A stretch of 64,000 nucleotides of DNA, from positions 46,920 through 110,919 of the IMG/VR virus record IMGVR_UViG_3300025759_000064; one strand, 5' to 3'. The translations under genes and the position numbers were made by a program. Below are positions 26,914 to 35,560 of this stretch, piece after piece. Source of the stretch: a virus. The notes below the pieces were generated by a model. The model did no database searches and had not been told where the DNA came from. It saw only the letters and a program-made list of their open reading frames with translations. Numbering within the stretch: position 1 is the first letter of the stretch; each line of letters begins with the position of its first letter.

Positions 26914-28551
26914 ATGGCAAAAGCAGAGAGACAAGGTTGGCAAACATGGGAACGATACAAAGCAGCAGGTATAGTCAGTGATGATATTACATTTACAGAC
27001 GAGAAGATAATAATAGACCACGCTATTGGTAAAACTAAAGAAACAATAGGTAAGTGTTACCCAATAGATGCAGCAGTGGCTTATTCATTAGCATCTGCTG
27101 GGCCTGAGGCTAAACTAACATCTAAACAATTAGTAAATCAATACACTAGAATGGCTACTGCTATGATGACTCAAACAGTTGGATATGGTAGAGTACCTAA
27201 CCCTGATACCGTTTCATGTGGTCACGATGAAATCAACGGATTTAATATTTCATTCCCATACCCATACTTGAAAGGAGAATGTATTGCTAGTAAGTATACT
27301 CATTCTTCCACTCTAGAAAGTTGGTTGAAAACTAATGAATTAGACCATCTTTTACCTTATGCTAAAATACGAACCAATTCTAAAGGTATGAATGCACTCA
27401 CTACTCAAGTAGGATATGTCCGTTTATTGATGAGTAAGAAATACACACCACTTAGATTAGCCATTGAGGAAAAGTTAGGCACTACCATTTGGTTAATTGG
27501 AGATGGTAATAGTAACGTAAAGGTTACTGCCACAAAAGGTGAGTGTAAATGGAAAGATGACCCAAGTAAGAAATGTGGGCATCACGATGGTGATTACATT
27601 ACAGATTGGGTTATGATAAGAGATGGTGGAGGCGGTCTACATGAATTATGGAGTAGAGAAAGAGGTGAAGCAGTGGTATCTAGTGGCTGGAATCACGACC
27701 AAATTGAAAGCACATTTGGATATAACCATCACAAGGCCCTAGCCCCATCAGACATCATCCTATGGTCTAAAAAATCTAGGACACTAGGTAATATCATAGC
27801 AGAGAAAGAAGTCATTAAAGAGATTAACAAGGCACTAAGACGTATGACTGCAAGAAACTTCAACGTTGTACGCAAAGAAGGTTTGAGGAATACTGCAACT
27901 TACACTTGGAAGAACTGGAATTGGTTATACAGTCTGAGAGACTTAGTTAAACAAACAAGTAAGAAAAACAGAAAAGAACACGATTTGGTTAACGGTTGGT
28001 TGTACAAAAAATACGATTCTAGGATGTCTTACGGTCATGAACTTGCTAAGTTCAAGTGGATACCCGGAAAGAAAGCGGAAGAAGGTGCTAGTGTACCTGC
28101 TGTAAAGGATGAAGAATCCATTAAAACCTTTATAGTATACATGAATGCAACTGGTGGTAGTTATTACAACAGTGGTAAAGGTATACTACCGTTTAGATTC
28201 GCTAGTATTCAAGATGCTAAAACTTTCGTTAATATGTCTGCCCAATTAGCACAGAAACTTGGTGCAGTAGATTCAAGCGGTAGGAAATGGGATGCTCAAA
28301 CTATAACAGACTCTACACCTAATGTCGATAAACTAAAGATAATGGCTAAGGTACACAGGTTAGAGATGGACTCAACTGTTGAGCCTGAGGTCACACCTTC
28401 ACCTAGTGAGATGATTAATGCATTCTTTTGGGGGTCACCGCAAGAGTTCGACAAACACATTTCATATCTAAACGAAGAATCACAAGGCCGATTCACTAGA
28501 CCAAAGATTGTAAACAAGCAAGAGGAGATTGTGGAAGTTGCTACCGAATGA
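26914..28551 (+). CDS. large hypothetical protein
   Basis: 545-aa ORF with no motif I recognise. Confidence 0.8.
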   Translation: MAKAERQGWQTWERYKAAGIVSDDITFTDEKIIIDHAIGKTKETIGKCYPIDAAVAYSLASAGPEAKLTSKQLVNQYTRMATAMMTQTVGYGRVPNPDTVSCGHDEINGFNISFPYPYLKGECIASKYTHSSTLESWLKTNELDHLLPYAKIRTNSKGMNALTTQVGYVRLLMSKKYTPLRLAIEEKLGTTIWLIGDGNSNVKVTATKGECKWKDDPSKKCGHHDGDYITDWVMIRDGGGGLHELWSRERGEAVVSSGWNHDQIESTFGYNHHKALAPSDIILWSKKSRTLGNIIAEKEVIKEINKALRRMTARNFNVVRKEGLRNTATYTWKNWNWLYSLRDLVKQTSKKNRKEHDLVNGWLYKKYDSRMSYGHELAKFKWIPGKKAEEGASVPAVKDEESIKTFIVYMNATGGSYYNSGKGILPFRFASIQDAKTFVNMSAQLAQKLGAVDSSGRKWDAQTITDSTPNVDKLKIMAKVHRLEMDSTVEPEVTPSPSEMINAFFWGSPQEFDKHISYLNEESQGRFTRPKIVNKQEEIVEVATE

Positions 28552-28804
28552 AGTCGCATTAAGTCCTAAGTTATTATCAGACATAGCAGATACAAACACA
28601 GCAAAGATAGGTGGTAGAAAGTTTACATTTTCGTGGGGTGATGCAACAGTTTTGATGTGGGCTAAGGGTACAACTATACCTTGTCCCCTATGTAAGAAAG
28701 AGTGTAGTAGTTGTCTTGTATTAAAGACAGATATAGGTGATGTTTACGCTTGTATTCACTGTGAAAAGTACATTATGTATAGCGATAAAATGGAGGAAGA
28801 ATAA
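28529..28804 (+). CDS. Zn-ribbon protein
   Basis: CPLC...CIHC. Confidence 0.6.
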   Translation: MWKLLPNEVALSPKLLSDIADTNTAKIGGRKFTFSWGDATVLMWAKGTTIPCPLCKKECSSCLVLKTDIGDVYACIHCEKYIMYSDKMEEE

Positions 28805-28807
28805 GAA

Positions 28808-28986
28808 TACGATTACAAGTTGGCGAGGCTACATGAATAGGTGGTAGCCCAAAACCGTAACCAGTATGCACAGAACGGGATAAAGAACCGGAGGAGAAGG
28901 GTCGGAGAGAGATTAGATTGCAACGCCCAAACTGTTCTGATAAATGAAATAGAGCATTAAGAAGTCGGATAAGCCAACATATCGTA
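28808..28986 (+). ncRNA. candidate structured non-coding RNA
   Basis: Ends pair (TACGAT/ATCGTA and GTTGGC/GCCAAC); internal GGCTAC/GTAGCC and CAGAACGG/CTGTTCTG stems; fills an unusual gap in a tightly coupled operon. Confidence 0.5.
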
Positions 28987-29021
28987 AACTATTACTGAAT
29001 CAAAACAAGGAGAAAGAAAAA

Positions 29022-29765
29022 ATGAGTAAAGAAAATAATTGGAAACCTGATAGAAAATTGAAAGAGTGGGCGCTGAAACATTTTGCAGAGATGCAAGTTG
29101 GTGGCGTATGGATGCCTGACGGAAGCGGCCTAACGTTTGTAAAAATAGACGAAAACACTTGGAGTCTGAAATCGATAGTAGAATCTATTGAAGCGGAAGA
29201 GAATCTTCAACGTATGAAAGTGTTGATGTTTGACGTAGGGTATACTCTCTTAGAGGGCGACACAGAAGTGATGCCTGAACCCACTAGTGCAGAAGAAGCA
29301 AGGATGTTAGAGATACACATGAAGCGAGATATAGCACAGAACTGGGCTGGTAGTGACGGCACATTACTCAAAGATATGGGACTAGAAAATGTATGGCCTA
29401 GTTACATAGAAGATAGAGAGATACTACTTGACAACGGTGACACGACTACTATACAAGTGTGGGCATATCTAGTAACTAATCCTAACACTGGAGAAGAGAT
29501 ACAGTTAGACCCTGACGATTACCACTTACTTATGGGTGACAAATACTTCATGCGATTTAGAACATCTGAGTTTGAATATTCCGCATTAAGCCGTGAAGAG
29601 ATGATTGAGGATATAGACATGCATAAAGGGCACACAAGTAGTGTTGGAGTAGGTAGTATACACATTGGAGGAAACCAAACTCATAGTGAAAGAGTCGTAA
29701 AAATACCACCTTGGATGTGGGGCACATATTGTCAACAGTTAAGTTGGGATGAAGAAGAGGAATGA
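29022..29765 (+). CDS. acidic hypothetical protein
   Basis: 247-aa ORF with RBS. Confidence 0.75.
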   Translation: MSKENNWKPDRKLKEWALKHFAEMQVGGVWMPDGSGLTFVKIDENTWSLKSIVESIEAEENLQRMKVLMFDVGYTLLEGDTEVMPEPTSAEEARMLEIHMKRDIAQNWAGSDGTLLKDMGLENVWPSYIEDREILLDNGDTTTIQVWAYLVTNPNTGEEIQLDPDDYHLLMGDKYFMRFRTSEFEYSALSREEMIEDIDMHKGHTSSVGVGSIHIGGNQTHSERVVKIPPWMWGTYCQQLSWDEEEE

Positions 29766-30508
29766 TTGAAATGTTGACTAATGAAGAGTGGCGTTTAATA
29801 GACGTTATAGGGCAAAGCCCAAAGATTATCCATGACGGTGGACTCCGTTCTACTCTTCCTCTTTGGACTCTATGGCCTTCTCTTAACGAGAAGGGTAAGA
29901 CCAACGGATACTACAAAAACGCTCTTACAGTTGGAGGAAAAATCAATCTTGGATTGCCATTGTTTAATGAAGTTACTCCAGCAGAAAATGATGTAGTACG
30001 GTTAAATGTAGAAGTTAAATTACCATTCTTTACTAGCCAAGAAGATTGCTTAAAGTATACTCTAATGTTACCTATGCTTGCAGAAAATTGCGGGGGTGTA
30101 GTATTAACTCAACGAGATTTAGATTATACAATAGATACGGCAGTCAATGATTTGGTACTCGAAGATGGAACAATAACTAGCATAAGTGCATTTGATAAAA
30201 GAGGTGAATATTCTGAATTAAAAATGTATGACTATGAGAGACTTTGGGATAGCGAACAGGCTAGATTTACTTTGAAAGGTTTAGAACCAGCCTATACACC
30301 AACAGCGATGCATGTTTTACCCTACATCTTAGATAAATTAGGTGAGGATGACGAAAGAATAGATATTTACGATATGTATAGAAAACTGTCGAAGGAAGCG
30401 TTAGTAATGAAGGCTACACTTGATGCACTTATTGAAATAGGGAAGACTAGACACTTTCACCAACACTACGATAATTTGTTACAGCCGTTTATGGATGAAG
30501 AAGAATGA
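29762..30508 (+). CDS. hypothetical protein
   Basis: 248-aa coupled ORF. Confidence 0.75.
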   Translation: MIEMLTNEEWRLIDVIGQSPKIIHDGGLRSTLPLWTLWPSLNEKGKTNGYYKNALTVGGKINLGLPLFNEVTPAENDVVRLNVEVKLPFFTSQEDCLKYTLMLPMLAENCGGVVLTQRDLDYTIDTAVNDLVLEDGTITSISAFDKRGEYSELKMYDYERLWDSEQARFTLKGLEPAYTPTAMHVLPYILDKLGEDDERIDIYDMYRKLSKEALVMKATLDALIEIGKTRHFHQHYDNLLQPFMDEEE

Positions 30509-30596
30509 AGTGTAAAATATGTCCGAGAGTTTCAGGAGAGAGTTGTTGTAGAGTTTGTGGGCATACATACTACGGTACGAGAAGGGAGGAAGAAGA

Positions 30597-31091
30597 ATGA
30601 ACTTTGAAGAAGCGAAGAGACTAATGGAAACAATAAAAGGTGATACAGACATAATAGGTCGGCCAATAGATTCGCGCGGTAGAAGGGTTGGCAGGTCGAT
30701 AGGAAAATATACTCGTCTTTACTACGGTATGTATGAATACAAATATACTCCATATTATAGTATACGTTATCGTGGTGAAAGTATAATTCAGATATTACCT
30801 GAGCGTATATGGTTTCCATGTAAGCCTAATCATCATACCCATTCGGATGAAGCGTGCGAGAAATTAAACGGCTATCTACCAGTAGGTATGCATGTCTATA
30901 AGGAGGGTACTGACGAGTATGGCGTTTCAAAATGGTACTTACGAGATATGAATGTAACTAATCCCGATAACCCTGATGAAGATGTGGTGTTTCACTTTGA
31001 CATTGTACGACATATTTCCAATGATGGAAAGGTGATGTTGTATAGTACAGAGCCTAAGTATCCTAGAGTTTATGAGGAGGAAGAAGAATGA
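30597..31091 (+). CDS. hypothetical protein
   Basis: Likely ATG at 30597 (GAAGAATGA junction). Confidence 0.65.
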   Translation: MNFEEAKRLMETIKGDTDIIGRPIDSRGRRVGRSIGKYTRLYYGMYEYKYTPYYSIRYRGESIIQILPERIWFPCKPNHHTHSDEACEKLNGYLPVGMHVYKEGTDEYGVSKWYLRDMNVTNPDNPDEDVVFHFDIVRHISNDGKVMLYSTEPKYPRVYEEEEE

Positions 31092-31354
31092 GTGATGAAA
31101 TCAAGTGGCAATCACCTAGCATGGAAGGTAAGTGGAAAGATAACAAAGGTATACTACATCTAAGGATGATAGAATATTATGGTAAAGACTGGGTAGATAT
31201 ACGGATAATGAATATGTCTAATACCCCGCCTAATTTTACTAGACATGGGGTCAGATTAAACGAGCAGCAGTTGGAAGAGTTGTTACCTATACTAAGGGAC
31301 ATGTTAGTGGATATGAAGAACAAGAGGGAAGAAGATGAAAGGAAGAGCAGTTAG
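31088..31354 (+). CDS. PC4/YdbC-like ssDNA-binding protein
   Basis: YYGKDWVDIR...TRHGVRLNEQQLEEL matches the PC4 fold pattern. Confidence 0.7.
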   Translation: MSDEIKWQSPSMEGKWKDNKGILHLRMIEYYGKDWVDIRIMNMSNTPPNFTRHGVRLNEQQLEELLPILRDMLVDMKNKREEDERKSS

Positions 31355-31562
31355 TGTAGTTCATGTAGAGTATGAAGTGTTACAACATCTACTGGAAGAG
31401 ATAGAACTATCAGCCTTGAAAGAAAGGATGATTAACGATGACGTTACAAAGAAGAGATTCGATTCAGGGGCTAACAATGTGGCTGAATTAGTACAGAACA
31501 TGATGGATAGAAGGAAGCATAAGTTACCTAAAGACCATGTAGATTACGAGGTGAAGAAATGA
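31335..31562 (+). CDS. hypothetical protein
   Basis: Coupled ORF. Confidence 0.55.
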   Translation: MKGRAVSVVHVEYEVLQHLLEEIELSALKERMINDDVTKKRFDSGANNVAELVQNMMDRRKHKLPKDHVDYEVKK

Positions 31563-31798
31563 GTAAATGGTATCCCGAAGTTATGCACCATAGTTTTGGT
31601 ACTGATGGGACTGTTTGTGGCGCTAAGAACCACACATGGCCTGAGCATTATATGGATGATAAAGTAGCGAGGAAGATACCTCGTTGTAACGATTGTATGG
31701 AGATTATAAACCAATTAAAGGCGAATAATAAAACGCCAGTAAAGAGAGAGAAAACACAAGTAATGCGAGTCTACTTGAAAGATTACTTGACTATATAA
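31559..31798 (+). CDS. small metal-binding protein
   Basis: H...CG...CNDC. Confidence 0.55.
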   Translation: MSKWYPEVMHHSFGTDGTVCGAKNHTWPEHYMDDKVARKIPRCNDCMEIINQLKANNKTPVKREKTQVMRVYLKDYLTI

Positions 31799-31810
31799 AC
31801 CGAGATTGAA
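31787..31810 (+). promoter_or_regulatory. 24-bp element, copy 8 (overlaps the upstream stop codon)
   Basis: Exact match to consensus. Confidence 0.8.
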
Positions 31811-31826
31811 AGAAGGGGAGAGAAAG

Positions 31827-32120
31827 ATGACAACAAAATATGAGACTGAGATAGAAGAGATAACTGCACAAAGGGCAGCCTTAGCAGCAAGAATGAATGA
31901 ATTAGTAAAGATGAAGGATATGGAAAAGACATTGAAATCGTGTGAGAAAGATGGACACGTGTGGACTTTAACTACCGTAGGTTCTGACCTATGGAACGTT
32001 TGGAACATTGGTCTTGTTTGTACTAGATGCAACGGTGCGGTGAATGTTCAAGTAGACCCTAATAGTCAAATTACTTGGGATTCACATGAGACAGAAACGT
32101 TGAAAGAAATGTTGGAGTGA
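31827..32120 (+). CDS. hypothetical protein (coiled coil plus Zn site)
   Basis: MTTKYE...; C...GHVW...CTRC. Confidence 0.6.
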   Translation: MTTKYETEIEEITAQRAALAARMNELVKMKDMEKTLKSCEKDGHVWTLTTVGSDLWNVWNIGLVCTRCNGAVNVQVDPNSQITWDSHETETLKEMLE

Positions 32121-32635
32121 TTACAATGAATATATTTGTATTAGATAATAACCCTATAAAAGCAGCAGCAGCAATGGACTGCGTGAGAGTGCCTAAAATG
32201 GTCACTGAATCAGCGCAGATGATGGCATCGGCCTTGCGTAGACATGGCGCTACTGATGATATGATGCCTCTCACAAAAGCAGGTAAGCCATACAAAGGGG
32301 GCTATCATCATCACCCATGCACAGTATGGGCGGGAGATACACGTGCCAACTTCAAGTGGTTGGCCCACCATGCCGAGGCGCTGTTGGATGAGTATTACCA
32401 TAGATTCGGTAAAGTTCATGCTTGTCACAACCCAATCTATCAGATGTCAAGTATGAGTAAGATGATACCCGAAGGCGACCTTACACCGTTTGCCTTAGCC
32501 ATGCCTGATGAACACAAAGATGATGATGTAGTCAAAGCATACCGAGCCTACTACCACAGTAAAGCAGATAGTAAAGGTGGTGTGCATTACAGACACACAA
32601 GCCCGCCTGACTGGTGGATGGGGGTGACATCATGA
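32117..32635 (+). CDS. pyrimidine-dimer DNA glycosylase / endonuclease V family protein
   Basis: MNIFVLD, KMVTESAQM, HHHPCTVW, EY..RFGKVH, AMPD, AYRAYY. Confidence 0.85.
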   Translation: MITMNIFVLDNNPIKAAAAMDCVRVPKMVTESAQMMASALRRHGATDDMMPLTKAGKPYKGGYHHHPCTVWAGDTRANFKWLAHHAEALLDEYYHRFGKVHACHNPIYQMSSMSKMIPEGDLTPFALAMPDEHKDDDVVKAYRAYYHSKADSKGGVHYRHTSPPDWWMGVTS

Positions 32636-32832
32636 GTGATGGAAGAGGGCAAGAATATTTAGACGAGAATCTATGCTTGCATGATTGGGTGTCCATAGTC
32701 GATTTTGAGGTAATTAATAGTAGTGAAGATGTGCTTGTAACTCTTAGTTGTAATAGATGTGGTGAAACACAACAACATACTTTGTGTATTGAATCAATAC
32801 TAGATGACTTAAAGTTGGAGTGGAATGAATGA
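32632..32832 (+). CDS. small Zn-binding protein
   Basis: CLHDW...CNRCG. Confidence 0.55.
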   Translation: MSDGRGQEYLDENLCLHDWVSIVDFEVINSSEDVLVTLSCNRCGETQQHTLCIESILDDLKLEWNE

Positions 32833-32935
32833 ACTTGTATGAGTTATTATGCGGCGCTTGCGGAGTAATAACTACATTTATAGCATTCTGTGGACTAGTA
32901 ATACTATTTGAAATGAGAAAATATTTGGTGATATA

Positions 32936-33640
32936 ATGAGTGACGATGCAGCAATAGAATTAGCAAAAATGCTAGGATTGAAAATTGAAGTAAAGAAAGA
33001 AAAAGTTACGCATAAGAAGTCTATTTGTAGAGTGTGTAAAGAAGAGTTTACTTACAAAGTAAAGAAAGGAAAAGCGCCAACTCTCTGCCAATCAGAAGAA
33101 TGTAGAAGGATACATAGGCGTAACATAAGAAAGCCTAAACCTAAAGTCGTTCGTAAGAATGTATGTGTCGTAGAAGGCTGTGAGACAGTCATCATACAAA
33201 CTGGTAAGGGTAGAACGATTACTCATTGTGACAGTTGTAAGACTGAACTAAGAGCAGAACAAAATGCTGCATACAGGGCTAAAACTTTCATACCGTTACA
33301 GAGAGTAGGTGTTTGTATAGACTGCGGTTGTCAACTAGAAACTATGACTGGTAGAGGTAAGATGAAACTACGTTGTGCTGAATGTCAGAAAAAGAATCAC
33401 GCTAAGATTGCTAGAGAATCTGCTAAGAAAAACTACAAGACAGTGGTAAGAACTTACTTTTGTGCTGGTTGCAATAAGAACTTTGAGCAAATAGGTAGAG
33501 GTAAGTTAAGAAAAACTTGTCCTGATTGTAAGACTGTACCCGCTAAAGTAGAGAAGAAAAGTGCGGCAGAAGAACTATTCGATGCACTGAATGAAGAACA
33601 ACAAGAAGCCATTAAACTATGGGAATCTATGAGGAAGTGA
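32936..33640 (+). CDS. multi-Zn-finger protein (four repeats)
   Basis: Repeated CxxC-x(8-12)-G[KR]G[RK]-x(3-4)-CxxC units. Confidence 0.75.
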   Translation: MSDDAAIELAKMLGLKIEVKKEKVTHKKSICRVCKEEFTYKVKKGKAPTLCQSEECRRIHRRNIRKPKPKVVRKNVCVVEGCETVIIQTGKGRTITHCDSCKTELRAEQNAAYRAKTFIPLQRVGVCIDCGCQLETMTGRGKMKLRCAECQKKNHAKIARESAKKNYKTVVRTYFCAGCNKNFEQIGRGKLRKTCPDCKTVPAKVEKKSAAEELFDALNEEQQEAIKLWESMRK

Positions 33641-33644
33641 AAGC

Positions 33645-34238
33645 ATGAGTAATATAGCAGTCTGCCAAAAATGCGGTAAAAACTTTAGAAAGAAGAACAA
33701 TAGAACAGTGCGCAGTTATTGCGATGAGTGTAGTACAAATTATACTAAAACGCTAAACAAAAGAAACGTCTACAATAGAAGTAAATCTTCCATTGAAAAA
33801 GAGACCAAAGAAGAGTACAGGATACGTTTACTAGAAGAAGAAATAAAAGAATTAAAATCTGTTTTTGAAAGTATTAGCGATAGCACAAAAAGACAGATTG
33901 CGAAAGAAGTAGGGGTAGCCATTCAAGAAACAATGAAAATAGCCTCAAAAAACCTAGAAGAAGATTTCAATAATCATAAACTTCTTGTCGAGAGCGTAGT
34001 ATCAGATGAGTTCAAAAAACAAAACACAAAGTTTCAGAATCAATTAGCCATATTGAATACGCGAATGAAAAAGTTAGATGAAAGTTTTACAGATTTAGAT
34101 ACAAAGATGGCGGAACATTTACATTATTACACCACTAAACTAAGTTTACATAAGAACCGTAAAGGCGGTAGAGTACAAAAGAATCGAACTATTACTGGTA
34201 AAAAGAGGGATGAAGTTGAAAAGGGGGATGAGATATGA
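33645..34238 (+). CDS. Zn-finger plus coiled-coil protein
   Basis: CQKCG...YCDEC, then a long coiled coil. Confidence 0.7.
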   Translation: MSNIAVCQKCGKNFRKKNNRTVRSYCDECSTNYTKTLNKRNVYNRSKSSIEKETKEEYRIRLLEEEIKELKSVFESISDSTKRQIAKEVGVAIQETMKIASKNLEEDFNNHKLLVESVVSDEFKKQNTKFQNQLAILNTRMKKLDESFTDLDTKMAEHLHYYTTKLSLHKNRKGGRVQKNRTITGKKRDEVEKGDEI

Positions 34239-34903
34239 CAATACATGACGCATGGGCGTTACTCAAGGAGGAAGTCAGATTGAGAGGCTCTACTGGGGCT
34301 GCATTGCGCATTTTACCTAGTGGTAAAAAAGTGGTAGTAAAAAGAGGCGGTCACGCTGGAGGTAACCCTCAGGCTCACATTAACAACGAGTATGACATGA
34401 ATCGTTATCTGAATGAATTAGGTGTTGGTGTTCCTAATGCTCGAATGGTAGAAGAAAGAAGTAGACCTACTATGCTTACTGATTATGAAGAAGGGGCTAG
34501 ACCTGTGAATTATGGAGACAAGCAAAAATTAAGACAAGACTTCGTTCCACAGGCGCTCATAGCCAATTGGGATGTTCTAGGTATGGATATGGATAATGTT
34601 CTGATGAGGCCCGATGGCAACCTTACCTACGTAGACGTAGGAGGGGCTGGACCGTATAGAGCGCAAGGTGCGCCTAAAGGAAATGCTTGGGGTTCTAGGG
34701 TATCTGAATTACAATCAATGCAATATAAGCCACCACATACAGAAGAAGTATATGGGGGAATAACCCCTCAAGAACTAGGTCAGTCTTACGATAAATATGG
34801 CGGTAGCGATGCGATGGAGGCTGCTCTATCCTCGCTTAGAAACAGTCAGACAAGAAACGTACTACAACAAAGAATAGGCGATATAGCAAGACAAGTTGCA
34901 TAA
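34235..34903 (+). CDS. leader-tagged PI3/4-kinase/HipA-like kinase-fold protein
   Basis: MTIHDAWALLK leader; GSTGA, VVK, NE, GVGVP, ANWDVLG...DN and VDVGG...YRAQG resemble the kinase-like domain of phage head-associated polyvalent proteins. Confidence 0.65.
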   Translation: MTIHDAWALLKEEVRLRGSTGAALRILPSGKKVVVKRGGHAGGNPQAHINNEYDMNRYLNELGVGVPNARMVEERSRPTMLTDYEEGARPVNYGDKQKLRQDFVPQALIANWDVLGMDMDNVLMRPDGNLTYVDVGGAGPYRAQGAPKGNAWGSRVSELQSMQYKPPHTEEVYGGITPQELGQSYDKYGGSDAMEAALSSLRNSQTRNVLQQRIGDIARQVA

Positions 34904-34909
34904 GTAACT

Positions 34910-34933
34910 TTGACTATATAAACCGAGATTGAA
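34910..34933 (+). promoter_or_regulatory. 24-bp element, copy 9
   Basis: Exact match to consensus. Confidence 0.8.
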
Positions 34934-34958
34934 TGAAAAGAATGGAAAGGGATTGAAG

Positions 34959-35273
34959 ATGTGGATAGCATTTAACGACGCATGGTTGAGCATAGTAGAG
35001 AATAGAAATGATGAGGAAACGCTGTTAGTGAGGGCTAGGTCAAAGCAGCACTTACTAAACATATTTCCTAAGTGTGAACTGTTTAAGGATGAGACAGCAG
35101 ACTATCCTTATCGGGCTTACATAGATAGAGAACATGTGGCTAACGTAGTATCCGATAGGTTAATGAAAATTAATTATCCTAATTTCAAAGCATCGGTAAA
35201 AGACGATAAACTAGGCACTGCTTACTCTAATATATGGAGTGAGATTTACTTCTTCTATCACGATGAGAGATAA
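34959..35273 (+). CDS. conserved hypothetical protein
   Basis: MWI...SIV...LLVRAR...DYPYR...INYPNFK family pattern. Confidence 0.65.
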   Translation: MWIAFNDAWLSIVENRNDEETLLVRARSKQHLLNIFPKCELFKDETADYPYRAYIDREHVANVVSDRLMKINYPNFKASVKDDKLGTAYSNIWSEIYFFYHDER

Positions 35274-35275
35274 AC

Positions 35276-35560
35276 ATGAGAGAAAAAGACATCTATGCTT
35301 TAGGTATAGCATTCGGTATGAAGCCGTTACAGATTAACAAAGCGATTCTATCGTATACGAAAATAAGATTAGATTCAAATTGGTCTAATCAAAGAAGTAA
35401 TAAGAATCTAATAATCGACTGTCTTTACTTGTATGCTAAGGAATACAAAAGCGGTATCACTGTAAAGAAAGTGGAAAGTATAACATTGGATATGTTAGGA
35501 ACGGGTACGAAACCAAAGCCAAATAAGTGGCTCGCTACTCACAAGCATCTACTGGTTTAA
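35276..35560 (+). CDS. possible single cyclin-fold (TFB-like) protein
   Basis: Helical pattern LIIDCLYLYAKE...ITVKKV resembles a TFIIB repeat; weak. Confidence 0.35.
   Translation: MREKDIYALGIAFGMKPLQINKAILSYTKIRLDSNWSNQRSNKNLIIDCLYLYAKEYKSGITVKKVESITLDMLGTGTKPKPNKWLATHKHLLV

Noticed and set aside
34959-35273. AFNDAWLSIV as another leader-tagged gene
   Set aside because: It lacks the terminal LK, and the segment fits the N-terminal strand pattern of a separate conserved family (MW...S.V...LLVRAR).
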